Of a stretch of DNA of 64,000 nt, positions 46,889 to 58,720 are shown piece after piece. This DNA is from an uncultured Chloroflexia bacterium (GTDB taxonomy: Bacteria > Chloroflexota > Limnocylindria > Limnocylindrales > CSP1-4): assembly GCA_963746845.1 (NCBI GenBank), contig CAVVCZ010000009.1:41909-105908 (forward strand), given 5' to 3'. How positions within the stretch are numbered: the stretch's first letter is position 1; every line of letters begins with the position of its first letter. The notes under the pieces were generated by a model. The model searched no databases, was not told where the DNA came from, and was given only the letters and a program-made list of their open reading frames with translations. The position numbers and the translations under genes were made by a program.

Positions 46889-47904
46889 CGAGCCCGGCGC
46901 CGAGCGCGCCGGCCGCGACGGCGATCCAGGCCCGCGGGCTGACGAAGCGGTACGGCGCGATCCTCGCCCTCGACGGACTCGACCTGGATGTCCCCACCGG
47001 GTCCGTGTTCGGGCTCCTCGGCCCGAACGGGGCGGGCAAGACCACCACGATCCGGATCCTCACCGGGCTCGCCCGCGCCAGCGGCGGCTCGGCGTCGGTC
47101 GCCGGCGTCGAGGTCGGGCTCGATCGACCGGACCTCCATCGACGTCTCGGCTACCTCGACCAGGACCCGCGCTTCTACGGCTGGATGCGTGGCCGCGAGC
47201 TGCTCGAGCTGACGGGAGGGCTCAGCGGGCTGCGCGGCCCGGCCCTGACGACCCGCGTCGCCGAGGTGCTGGAGCTGGTGGGCCTGCGGGGCGCCGCGGA
47301 GCGTCGGATCGGCGGCTGGTCCGGCGGGATGCGCCAGCGCCTCGGGATCGCCCAGGCCATCGTCCATCGCCCGTCGGTGGTCTTCCTCGACGAGCCCGTC
47401 AGCTCGCTCGATCCGGAGGGCCGGCGCCACCTGCTCGAGCTGATCGCCGGGCTCCGCGGTGAGACGACGGTCATCCTGTCGACCCACGTGCTCGCCGACG
47501 TCGAGCGGGTCTGCGACCGGGTCGCGATCCTCGATCGCGGGCGCCTCGTCATCGAGGGGCCGCTCGAGGAGCTCCTCGCCGAACACGCCCGGCCGCTGTT
47601 CCTCCTCGATCCTGATCCGGGCCAGGACGCCGCCGTCGACGATCTCGTCGCGCGGCTGTCCGGGGCGCCGTGGGCGACGACCGTGACCGTCGAGGCGGAT
47701 GGCCGGATCCGGGTCGTCGTCGCCGACGCCGCGACGGCCGCGACTGCCGTCCTGCCGCTGGTCGTCGAGAGCGGCGTCCGCCTCGCGTCGTTCGAGCGGG
47801 CGCGGCCCACCCTCGAGGACGTCTTCCTCGAGCTGGTCGGACCGCCGGGACCGGACGACCTCGACGGCCGGGGATACGTCCGCCCGCGCGAGATCGCGTC
47901 CTGA
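46885..47904 (+). CDS. ABC-2 type exporter ATP-binding protein
   Basis: GPNGAGKTT, WSGGMRQR, FLDEP, STH. Confidence 0.93.
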   Translation: MTSPAPSAPAATAIQARGLTKRYGAILALDGLDLDVPTGSVFGLLGPNGAGKTTTIRILTGLARASGGSASVAGVEVGLDRPDLHRRLGYLDQDPRFYGWMRGRELLELTGGLSGLRGPALTTRVAEVLELVGLRGAAERRIGGWSGGMRQRLGIAQAIVHRPSVVFLDEPVSSLDPEGRRHLLELIAGLRGETTVILSTHVLADVERVCDRVAILDRGRLVIEGPLEELLAEHARPLFLLDPDPGQDAAVDDLVARLSGAPWATTVTVEADGRIRVVVADAATAATAVLPLVVESGVRLASFERARPTLEDVFLELVGPPGPDDLDGRGYVRPREIAS

Positions 47905-48665
47905 TGGCCGGCGCCGGGGTCCTCCTGCGCAAGGAGCTGCTCGAACAGTGGCGGTCCTTGCGCCTCCAGCTCGTCGCAATCGTGTTCGTCCTGATCGGCC
48001 TGACCTCGCCGGTCCTCGCCCGGTTCACCCCGGAGATCCTCAAGGCGGTCGGCGGGAACCTGATCCCGATCGTCCTGCCGGCGCCGACGGCCGCGGACGC
48101 GGTCGACCAGCTGGCGAAGAACCTGAGCCAGCTCGGCGCGCTCGTGGCGATCCTCATCGCGGCCGGATCCGTGGCGACCGAGAAGGAGCGCGGCACCGCG
48201 GCGCTGCTGCTCGTGCGCCCGGTCGGGCGGGCGGGGTTCCTGCTCGCCAAGCTCGCGGCGATCGGGGTCACGCTCGCGGTCGCGACAGCCCTGGCGGTCG
48301 CCGGAGCGTGGTTCTACACGCTCGTCCTGTTCGAGCCGCTGCCGGTCGCCGGGACGATCGCGGCCGGGGTCCTCGACTGGCTGTTCCTGATGGCCTGGGC
48401 CGCCATCACCTTCCTGGGCAGCACGATGACGCGCTCGGCCCTCGCCGCGGCCGGGATCGGTGTCGTGGCGCTGATCGGGGTCGGGATCCTCGGCATCGTC
48501 CCGGCACTCACGGCGTGGCTTCCGACGGGGCTGATCGGAGTCGCTCGCGCGCTGGCCCTCGGGATCCCGGGACCCGACGCCTGGACCCCGATCGTGGGGA
48601 CGGTCCTGTTCATCGGGGCGTGCGTCGCGCTCGCGTGGGGGTCGTTCCGGCGCCAGGAGCTCTGA
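47904..48665 (+). CDS. ABC-2 type exporter permease
   Basis: KELLE start, EKERGT motif, 6 TM, ends FRRQEL. Confidence 0.9.
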   Translation: MAGAGVLLRKELLEQWRSLRLQLVAIVFVLIGLTSPVLARFTPEILKAVGGNLIPIVLPAPTAADAVDQLAKNLSQLGALVAILIAAGSVATEKERGTAALLLVRPVGRAGFLLAKLAAIGVTLAVATALAVAGAWFYTLVLFEPLPVAGTIAAGVLDWLFLMAWAAITFLGSTMTRSALAAAGIGVVALIGVGILGIVPALTAWLPTGLIGVARALALGIPGPDAWTPIVGTVLFIGACVALAWGSFRRQEL

Positions 48666-48675
48666 GAGGCGGCAC

Positions 48676-49896
48676 TCAGACGACCCCGTCCGCGCGAAGG
48701 CCGGCGATCCCCGCCGCGTCGTAGCCCAGCCCGGCGAGGATCTCGTCCGCGTGCTCGCCGAGGAGCGGCGGCGGGGTCCGGACCGTGGCGGGCGTCGCGC
48801 CAAGCTCGAACGGCGGCAGGACCTGGGTCGTCACCCCGAGGACCGGATGCGTCAGCTCGGTGGTCCGCCCCGCGGCCCACGGCGACGCGAACGCCTCGAC
48901 GATGTCGTTGATCGGCCCCGCGGGGATCTCGGCGGCGGCGAGCGCGTCCAGCCATGCCGCGCTTCCCCGCTCGGCGAGGCGCGCGCCGAGCGTCGCGACG
49001 AGCTCCGCGCGGTTCGCGACTCGATCCCCGTTCGTTGCGAACCGCGGGTCGTCGGCCAGCGCGGGCAGTCCGAGCGCCCGGCAGAACCGCGGCCATTGCC
49101 GCTCGCTGCCGACGGCGATCGCGATCGTGCCGTCGGCGGTGTCGAAGGTCTCGTACGGGACGATGTTCGGATGAGCGTTGCCGAGCCGGCCCGGCGCGTC
49201 GCCGCCGACGAACGCGTTCTGGGCCTGGTTCACGAGGGCGGCGAGCGTGGACCCGAGCAGCGTCAGGTCGATCCGCTGACCGCCCGAGCGGTCCCGGGCC
49301 ACGAGCGCCGCCAGGACCGCGACGGCGCCGTTCAGCCCGGTCAGGACGTCGCTCAGGGCGACGCCGATCTTCGTCGGACCGGCACCGGGCTCGCCGTCGG
49401 CTGGACCCGTGATCGACATCAGCCCGGACTCGGCCTGGATCACGAAGTCGTAGCCGGGGCGGCCGGGGTCCGGCGTCGCCGCGCCGTAGCCGGTGATCGC
49501 GAGATGGACGAGGCGCGGGTTCCGGCGGGCGAGGGCGGCCTCGTCGAACCCCATCCGGTCCAGACCGCCACTCCGGAAGTTCTCGACGAGGACGTCGGCA
49601 TCGACGAGTAGCCGGCCCAGCACCTCGCGTCCGGCGCCCTGCCGAAGATCCAGCCGGAGCGAGCGCTTGTTCCGGTTGACCGCGAGGTAGTACGCCGCGG
49701 TCCGGGTCGCCGGGTCATCGCCCCCGACCCACGGCGGGCCCCAGCCGCGCGTGGCGTCGCCGTCGGGTGGCTCCACCTTCACCACGTCCGCGCCGAGGTC
49801 CGCGAGCAGCATCGTGGCGTACGGACCCGCGAGGACCGTCGAGCAGTCGACGACGCGGATGCCGTCGAGCGGGCCGGTCGGCGTGGCGCGGGACAT
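48676..49896 (-). CDS. Family III CoA-transferase (CaiB/BaiF)
   Basis: LAGPYA, LGADVVKVE, NRNKRS, ENFR, GYDFVIQ; TACCAT-N6-ATG. Confidence 0.93.
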   Translation of the reverse strand: MSRATPTGPLDGIRVVDCSTVLAGPYATMLLADLGADVVKVEPPDGDATRGWGPPWVGGDDPATRTAAYYLAVNRNKRSLRLDLRQGAGREVLGRLLVDADVLVENFRSGGLDRMGFDEAALARRNPRLVHLAITGYGAATPDPGRPGYDFVIQAESGLMSITGPADGEPGAGPTKIGVALSDVLTGLNGAVAVLAALVARDRSGGQRIDLTLLGSTLAALVNQAQNAFVGGDAPGRLGNAHPNIVPYETFDTADGTIAIAVGSERQWPRFCRALGLPALADDPRFATNGDRVANRAELVATLGARLAERGSAAWLDALAAAEIPAGPINDIVEAFASPWAAGRTTELTHPVLGVTTQVLPPFELGATPATVRTPPPLLGEHADEILAGLGYDAAGIAGLRADGVV

Positions 49897-49982
49897 GCGT
49901 CGATGGTAGGCAGCCCACGGGCAAGGGGTGAGCTCCTCGGGACGCCGAGGCACCCGACGCGGCGCGATGCGATGATCCGGTC

Positions 49983-50918
49983 ATGACCGACCAGCCCGAG
50001 CCCACGACTCCCGAACCACACCGCCTCACCCTGATGACGGTCCATGCCCACCCGGACGACGAGACGATCGGGACCGGCGGCGTGATGGCCAAGGCCGTCG
50101 CCGACGGCCATCGGGTGATCCTCGTCACGTGCACGCGCGGGGAGCAGGGCGAGATCGTCGTCAAGGAGATCGACACGCCCGAGAACCACCGACGGCTCGG
50201 CGAGCTGCGCGCCGCGGAGCTCGAGGCGGCGATGGCCGAGCTCGGCGTCACCGAGTGGGAGAACCTCGGCTACCGCGACTCCGACATGATGGGCCGCGAG
50301 GGAAACAACGACCCGCGGACATTCTGGCAGGCCGACCTGGACGAGGCCTCCGGGCGCCTGACGTGGCTTGTCCGGCGGTATCAGCCGGACGTGATGACGA
50401 CCTACAACAGCTTCGGCGGGTACGGCCATCCGGACCACATCCGGACCCACGACGTCGCGGTCCGGGCCTTCGACCGGGCGGGCGATCCGGCCTGGTATCC
50501 GAAACAACTCGAGGCTGGCGTCGGGGTGTGGGCACCGTCGAAGCTGTACGAGACGGCGATCCCGGCATCCGTCCGCGAGGCGATGGGCGAGGCGATGCGC
50601 GAGGCCGGCCGGCCGTCGTTCTGGGAGCCGCCGGACGACGCGACCGACGAGCAGCGGCGCGAGTTCGAGGAATTCGTGGCGAAGATGCTCGTCCCGGACG
50701 AGTCGATCACGACCTGGGTGGACGTCTCGGGCGACCCGATCGACCGCAAATGGCGAGCGATCCAGCGCCACGTGACCCAGATCGCGATGGACAACGGGTT
50801 CATGACGCTCGGCGAGGACGGCTGGAAGCAGCACTGGGCCAAGGAAGCGTTCATCCTCCGCGAATCGCGGATCCCCTCGACGATCCCCGAGTCGGACCTC
50901 TTCGACGGCCTGGCCTGA
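49983..50918 (+). CDS. PIG-L family deacetylase/amidase (MshB/Mca-like)
   Basis: HAHPDDE, TRGEQGE, GYRDSDM, GGYGHPDH, HVTQI. Confidence 0.9.
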   Translation: MTDQPEPTTPEPHRLTLMTVHAHPDDETIGTGGVMAKAVADGHRVILVTCTRGEQGEIVVKEIDTPENHRRLGELRAAELEAAMAELGVTEWENLGYRDSDMMGREGNNDPRTFWQADLDEASGRLTWLVRRYQPDVMTTYNSFGGYGHPDHIRTHDVAVRAFDRAGDPAWYPKQLEAGVGVWAPSKLYETAIPASVREAMGEAMREAGRPSFWEPPDDATDEQRREFEEFVAKMLVPDESITTWVDVSGDPIDRKWRAIQRHVTQIAMDNGFMTLGEDGWKQHWAKEAFILRESRIPSTIPESDLFDGLA

Positions 50919-50972
50919 GGTCGACGAGGAGCCGCACCTCGTCGATCCGCCGGACGTCGTCCGTCGCCGCCG

Positions 50973-53738
<2,766 letters not shown>

Positions 53739-53773
53739 CGCGTCACGCCCTCCGGGACGTCGGTCGCCGGCCG

Positions 53774-55453
53774 TCACCATGGGAGCAGTCCTTTCGAGGC
53801 GTCGTAGATCTGGCCGAGGACGACCTTGCCATCGCCCGCGGGGTCGAGGAAGTTCGGCTGGGCCTTGTCGAGGATCACGTGCGGCCGCATCCGGGCCTGG
53901 ACGAGCGTGGGGCCGTGGAACGTCAGCTCCAGGGTGATCCCCTCCATCGTCGGCTCCGACCAGGTCTGGTCGAACACGAAGTTCCCGAGCGCGTACCAGA
54001 TCGGCCGGCCCTCGTAGACCTCCATCGCCCCCGCCCAGTGGGCGTGGTTGCCGATGACCATGTCGGCCCCGGCGTCGATCGCGATGTGGGCGAGGTTCTG
54101 CTGGCCGCCGAACGGCGTGGGGTCGTACTCCGTCCCCCAGTGCGGGAAGACGATCACGACCTGCGCCCCGGCCTTGCGCGCGGCCGCCACGTCCGCCTTC
54201 AGCGCCGACGCCGACATCTGGGCACTGCCGGCCCGGTCGGCGGTCGCGCCGTAGGACTTCGCGATCGTGTCGTAGGCGAGCAGGGCGACCTTCACGCCAC
54301 CCGCCGTGAGGATCGCCGGCTTCCGCGCGGCCGCCAGGTTCTTGCCCGCTCCGCTCGCGGCGATCCCGTGGTCCTTCAGATTGGCGATCGTCTGGAGGAT
54401 CCCGGCCCCGCCGGCATCGCGGATGTGGTTGTTCGCGATCCCGACCCAGTCGATCCCGGCGTCGGCGAGGCCCGCGATCAGCTTCGGGTCGGCCGAGAAG
54501 ACGGTCCCGAACGTGTGGTACCGGAAGTTGTCCGGCGCCGGGTTCTCGAAGTTCGCGATCGCCAGGTCCGCCTTCGTCAACAGCTTGCGCATCGCCCCGG
54601 CGCCGCCGGTCCGGGCCGTCTTCGGGACCTCCCAGCCGAACGAGGAGCAGCAGGTCCGGCCGGTGATGTCGGCCGTGCCGCCGTCGAACGGGAAGTCCGC
54701 CCCTTTGCCTTTGATCTTCAGGGTCTGGGCGACGCCCCGGTCGAGCATGATGTCGCCACCCGCGACGAGGGTCCACGAGGCCCGCGGGTCGAAGACCGGC
54801 GTGCCGCTCGGCTGCTGGAGCCGGGCCGTCAGGCCCCAGTCGCCGGCCGACCGGACGGCGCCGACGCCGAACAGCGACCGGCCGCCCCAGCCGAGCGCCC
54901 GGACGCCCGGCGTCACGGCGTCAGCGCGGAGGATTCCGAGCCGCTTGCGGTTCTTCGCGAGGTCGCGGATGAGGGTCGCGGCGTCCGGCGCGAGGACGAG
55001 GTGCGCGTCACCCGCCGGCCGATCGACGCCGAGTCCATCGAGCACCGCGTCCGCCTCGTCGTCGACGACCTCGATGGCTCCCCATGTCTGGCTCGTCCCG
55101 GCGAGCGCCGCACGGACGTCGGCGCGACCGATGCCGGTCGCCGTCGTCCGGAACTGGGCGACCGGCACGATGGGGACGTCCGCCAGCGTCGAGACGACCG
55201 GCGTGCTCGGACCCGGGCTCGGGCTCGGAGCGGACGTCGGGGTGGGGATCGCGGAGGCCCGCGATCCCGAGGACGGCCCGGACGTCGGCGACCCGGGATC
55301 GGAGGCTCCCGGCGCCTCGCTGGCGGCCGCGAGCGCCGGCGGCGAGCCGCCCGGCGATGGCGACGCCGGCGAACCGGCACCCCAGCCGATGGCCGAGCCG
55401 GCGACGGCGAGCAGCAGCGCGCCGACTGCGACGGCGAAGGGGAGGCGCCTCAC
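53774..55453 (-). CDS. CapA family (poly-gamma-glutamate synthesis-type) metallophosphatase-like exported protein
   Basis: GGDIML, ANFE, ANNH, PHWGTEY, GNHAH, YALGNFVFDQ; signal peptide and Pro/Ser linker. Confidence 0.88.
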   Translation of the reverse strand: MRRLPFAVAVGALLLAVAGSAIGWGAGSPASPSPGGSPPALAAASEAPGASDPGSPTSGPSSGSRASAIPTPTSAPSPSPGPSTPVVSTLADVPIVPVAQFRTTATGIGRADVRAALAGTSQTWGAIEVVDDEADAVLDGLGVDRPAGDAHLVLAPDAATLIRDLAKNRKRLGILRADAVTPGVRALGWGGRSLFGVGAVRSAGDWGLTARLQQPSGTPVFDPRASWTLVAGGDIMLDRGVAQTLKIKGKGADFPFDGGTADITGRTCCSSFGWEVPKTARTGGAGAMRKLLTKADLAIANFENPAPDNFRYHTFGTVFSADPKLIAGLADAGIDWVGIANNHIRDAGGAGILQTIANLKDHGIAASGAGKNLAAARKPAILTAGGVKVALLAYDTIAKSYGATADRAGSAQMSASALKADVAAARKAGAQVVIVFPHWGTEYDPTPFGGQQNLAHIAIDAGADMVIGNHAHWAGAMEVYEGRPIWYALGNFVFDQTWSEPTMEGITLELTFHGPTLVQARMRPHVILDKAQPNFLDPAGDGKVVLGQIYDASKGLLPW

Positions 55454-55504
55454 CGGCGGGATTGTGCCACGCGTCCCCGACGGGGGCGGGAACCGGGTCC
55501 GGGA

Positions 55505-55541
55505 CAGAGGAACGCCCCGTCCGGGCGGGCGGACGGGGCGT
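55505..55541 (-). terminator. Hairpin terminator after tRNA-Asp
   Basis: ACGCCCCGTCCG/CGGACGGGGCGT stem followed by TTCCTCT on the - strand. Confidence 0.65.
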
Positions 55542-55556
55542 GAGGAAGATGCGACA

Positions 55557-55633
55557 TGGCGGACCCGACCGGATTCGAACCGGCGATCTCCAGCGTGACA
55601 GGCTGGCATGTTGGGCCGCTACACCACGGGTCC
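55557..55633 (-). tRNA. tRNA-Asp (GTC)
   Basis: GGACCCG acceptor stem, CCAGC-CTGTCAC-GCTGG anticodon arm, GGTTCGAATCC T-loop, encoded CCA. Confidence 0.97.
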
Positions 55634-55719
55634 GGGCGGCGAGTGCGGAGGATAGCAGGCCGCGCGGTCCTTGTCGCACGGCCGGGCCGCGCTCAGCCGG
55701 GACGTGTCCGGGCCGAGCC

Positions 55720-57414
55720 TCAGGGCGGGGCGATCATCGGGTACCAGCCGTCGCCGAGCTGCCCGAACCGCATGAGGATCCGGCCATCGGTCGCGTCGTG
55801 GAGCGTCAGCGAAGCCTGCCACGGTGCGGAGTTCCCGTCGGCGTCCGAGCCGGGCGCACCGGCGGCGGCGATGACCGAGCCGCCGAGCAGCGGCTGGAGA
55901 GAGATGTAGGCGGCATCGGGAGCCCAGCGACCGACCAGGGCGAGCGTCGTCGGATCGACCACGAAGACCCCGAGGCTCGGCGGCCCGTTGCGCGACCCAT
56001 CCTGCTCGGCATATCCGAGGAGGTACAGGCGGCTGCCGTCGGGCGCGCCGGTGATCTCGGTCTGGACCCACGAGTTGACCGCCGACCAGGCGCGGGTCCA
56101 GGTCGGGGTCACGCCGGGGATCGGGCCAACACCCGCGGCTTCGGCGACCAGCGGATCGAAGTGCTGTGTCTGGACCGACCGTCCGTGGTCGGACGCGCGA
56201 ACCAGCGAGAGCCCCATCGGATCCCACAGCCAGATGGCGCCGTTCGCCGGGTCGAAGAGCGGGTCGGAGTAGTACTGCGTCGTCGGCGGCAGCACCTCCC
56301 GCGAGGTCACGTTGCCGTCCCGGCCCAGCTCGACCCAACGCCAGATCGGCGGGTCGCTCGCATTCGGATCCGTCGGGTAGAAGGCGCACACGGAGACGAA
56401 TTGGTCGTTCCGCAGGAAGCCGGAGGCCGAGCACCACGGGGCGATCGAGGTGATGCCGGGCAGCGGCCCGACCGAGCTCGGCGACCCGTCGCCGGCGAGC
56501 TCGAGCCGCCAGCCGAAGGTCTCGACCGACAGCTGGACGTCCTGGTTGTACTGCTGGATCGTCGCCCAGACGAACGCGGTCCGGCCGTCGGGGGAACGCC
56601 GCACCATCGGCCCGGACACGTCGGTCTGGACCGGGTTCGGGGTCTGGCCCGGCCCCACCGACGGGGTCGGCGGCGGGTCGGGCATCCGCTTCTGGTCGAT
56701 CGGCATCGCCGGACCGATCGAGCCGTTCACGATGTCGATCCGGGCCGCGCTGAAGGACCAGATCCGGGCCTTCCTCGTCGCGGTCACGAGCAGCGCCGAA
56801 CGATGATCGTCGGCGAAGACGACGTCCGTCTGGACCCCGCTCCCGGAGTTCTCGTCGACGTCACCCCGGTACGTGGCGAGCGTCGTCCTGCCCTGATCCT
56901 GGCCGTCCGGGCCGATCCGGACCAGGACGACGGTGCGGGCGGTCTGGATCCCGGTGCCACTCTGGATGTCGACCATGCACACGCATGTCCAGCCGACGCC
57001 GTCGTAGCTCGACACGACCGCATCCGAGCCGAGGTTCGCGCTGGTCCCGGTCGTCGACAGGCCGGAGTCGAGGTCGAGGACACGGAACATGTCGGTCCAG
57101 ACGCCCACGCGTCCGGTCAACGTGGTCGACCCGGTGCGGGTGATCGCCGGCAGCGGCGTCGGGCCGAAGATCTGGAACGGCGTGGCGCTCGGCGATGGCG
57201 TCGGCGCCGGCGTGGGTGTCGCGAAGAAGGCGACGTCGAAGTTCGGCCGCTCGGCGAGCCGCGGCCCGACCACCGCGACCAGCGCGATGCCCACGCACGC
57301 GCACAGGACGAGGATCGCGCTGAGACGCCGGCTGCGGCCCGCCCCCTGCGAGGAGGAGCCGCCGAGCCGGACGGGAGCGACGGAGTAGCTCTGGTCGTCG
57401 CGTCGATCGGTCAT
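55720..57414 (-). CDS. Hypothetical membrane-anchored extracellular protein (beta-rich, possibly beta-propeller)
   Basis: N-terminal TM, Pro/Thr linkers, beta-strand repeats such as APDGSRLY and SPDGRTAF. Confidence 0.75.
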   Translation of the reverse strand: MTDRRDDQSYSVAPVRLGGSSSQGAGRSRRLSAILVLCACVGIALVAVVGPRLAERPNFDVAFFATPTPAPTPSPSATPFQIFGPTPLPAITRTGSTTLTGRVGVWTDMFRVLDLDSGLSTTGTSANLGSDAVVSSYDGVGWTCVCMVDIQSGTGIQTARTVVLVRIGPDGQDQGRTTLATYRGDVDENSGSGVQTDVVFADDHRSALLVTATRKARIWSFSAARIDIVNGSIGPAMPIDQKRMPDPPPTPSVGPGQTPNPVQTDVSGPMVRRSPDGRTAFVWATIQQYNQDVQLSVETFGWRLELAGDGSPSSVGPLPGITSIAPWCSASGFLRNDQFVSVCAFYPTDPNASDPPIWRWVELGRDGNVTSREVLPPTTQYYSDPLFDPANGAIWLWDPMGLSLVRASDHGRSVQTQHFDPLVAEAAGVGPIPGVTPTWTRAWSAVNSWVQTEITGAPDGSRLYLLGYAEQDGSRNGPPSLGVFVVDPTTLALVGRWAPDAAYISLQPLLGGSVIAAAGAPGSDADGNSAPWQASLTLHDATDGRILMRFGQLGDGWYPMIAPP

Positions 57415-57480
57415 GGGTGGTACCTACAATGACGGCCCGGGGCGGCTTCTCGTTCGATCTTTCGGGCATACTCGCCGCCG

Positions 57481-58590
57481 ATGGCCGCGATCGACCTCCG
57501 CTCCGACACGGTGACGCAGCCGACCGACGAGATGCGACGCGCCATGGCGGCCGCCGAGGTCGGCGACGACGTGTGGGGCGAGGACCCCAGCGTGAACGCT
57601 CTGGAGGAGCGGGCAGCCGGGCTCCTGGGCAAGGAGGCCGGGCTCCTCGTCTCGTCGGGGACCATGGGCAATCTCGTCTCCCTGATGGCCCACGTCCCGC
57701 GCGGTGGCGAGATCATCGCAGGTGCCCAGAGCCATGTCGTCCGGGACGAGGCGGCCGGCCATGCCGTGGTCGTCGGGGCGAGCGTCCTGCAGCTCCGCGA
57801 TCGTCCCGACGGAACCCTCGACCCCGACGAGGTCGCCGAGTCGTTCCGCGATCCCACCGATCCCCATGAGCCCGTGACGAGCCTCGTGACAATCGAGAAC
57901 GCTCACAGCCACTCCGGGAACCAGCCGATCGGTGTCGTCGCGACGGCACGGATCGCCGCGGTCGCCCACGAGCGCGGCGTGCCGCTCCATGTCGACGGCG
58001 CGCGGTTCTTCAACGCGGTGATCGCCCACGGCGTGAGCCCGTCGGAGCTCGCGGCGCCGGCGGACTCGGTGACGTTCTGTCTCTCCAAGGGCCTGTCCTG
58101 CCCGGCCGGCTCGGTCGTCGTCGGGAGCCGGATGTTCATCGGCCGGGCGCGCCGAGCCCGGAAGCTGCTCGGCGGCGGCATGCGTCAGTCCGGCGTGCTG
58201 GCGGCCGCGGGGCTCGTGGCGCTGCGGGACGGCGACGCCGGGATGATCACGCGACTCGCCGAGGATCACGCGAACGCCCGCCGTCTCGCCGATGCGCTCG
58301 CGGCGATCCCCGGCATCCGCTCGCCCGGCGACATCGCCCAGCCCGGAGACGGGCCGCTGGATCCGGCCCGCGTGGCGACGAACTTCGTGCTGTTCCGGGT
58401 GGCCGCCGACCGTCGCGCCTTCCTCGCCGCCACCGAGACCCGCGGCGTCCGGATCGACTCCTACCCGCATGGCCAGGTCCGGGCCGTCACCCACCACGGG
58501 ATCACCGCCGACGACGTGGACCGGGCGGCCGAGGCGATCGCCGCCGCCCTGCGCGAGGTCGGCACCGCGCGCGTCGCGATCCCGTCCTGA
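57481..58590 (+). CDS. ltaE: Low-specificity L-threonine aldolase
   Basis: IDLRSDTVT, VGDDV, SGTMGN, HVDGARF, CLSKGL (PLP Lys), GGGMRQ. Confidence 0.93.
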   Translation: MAAIDLRSDTVTQPTDEMRRAMAAAEVGDDVWGEDPSVNALEERAAGLLGKEAGLLVSSGTMGNLVSLMAHVPRGGEIIAGAQSHVVRDEAAGHAVVVGASVLQLRDRPDGTLDPDEVAESFRDPTDPHEPVTSLVTIENAHSHSGNQPIGVVATARIAAVAHERGVPLHVDGARFFNAVIAHGVSPSELAAPADSVTFCLSKGLSCPAGSVVVGSRMFIGRARRARKLLGGGMRQSGVLAAAGLVALRDGDAGMITRLAEDHANARRLADALAAIPGIRSPGDIAQPGDGPLDPARVATNFVLFRVAADRRAFLAATETRGVRIDSYPHGQVRAVTHHGITADDVDRAAEAIAAALREVGTARVAIPS

Positions 58591-58720
58591 ACCCGCATCG
58601 GATGCACGAATCGCGCCGCTCGGCGACACTCACGGTCCGCGTCGCGGGTCTGCACCGCCCGGACGACGGCCGCGCCGTCAGAGCCGACGAGGCGCCGATC
58701 GACCCGCCCAGGAGTGTTTC

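Noticed and set aside
55557-55633. tRNA-Asp as a genomic island integration site
   Set aside because: No integrase, no duplicated tRNA 3' end found in the window, and flanking genes look native.
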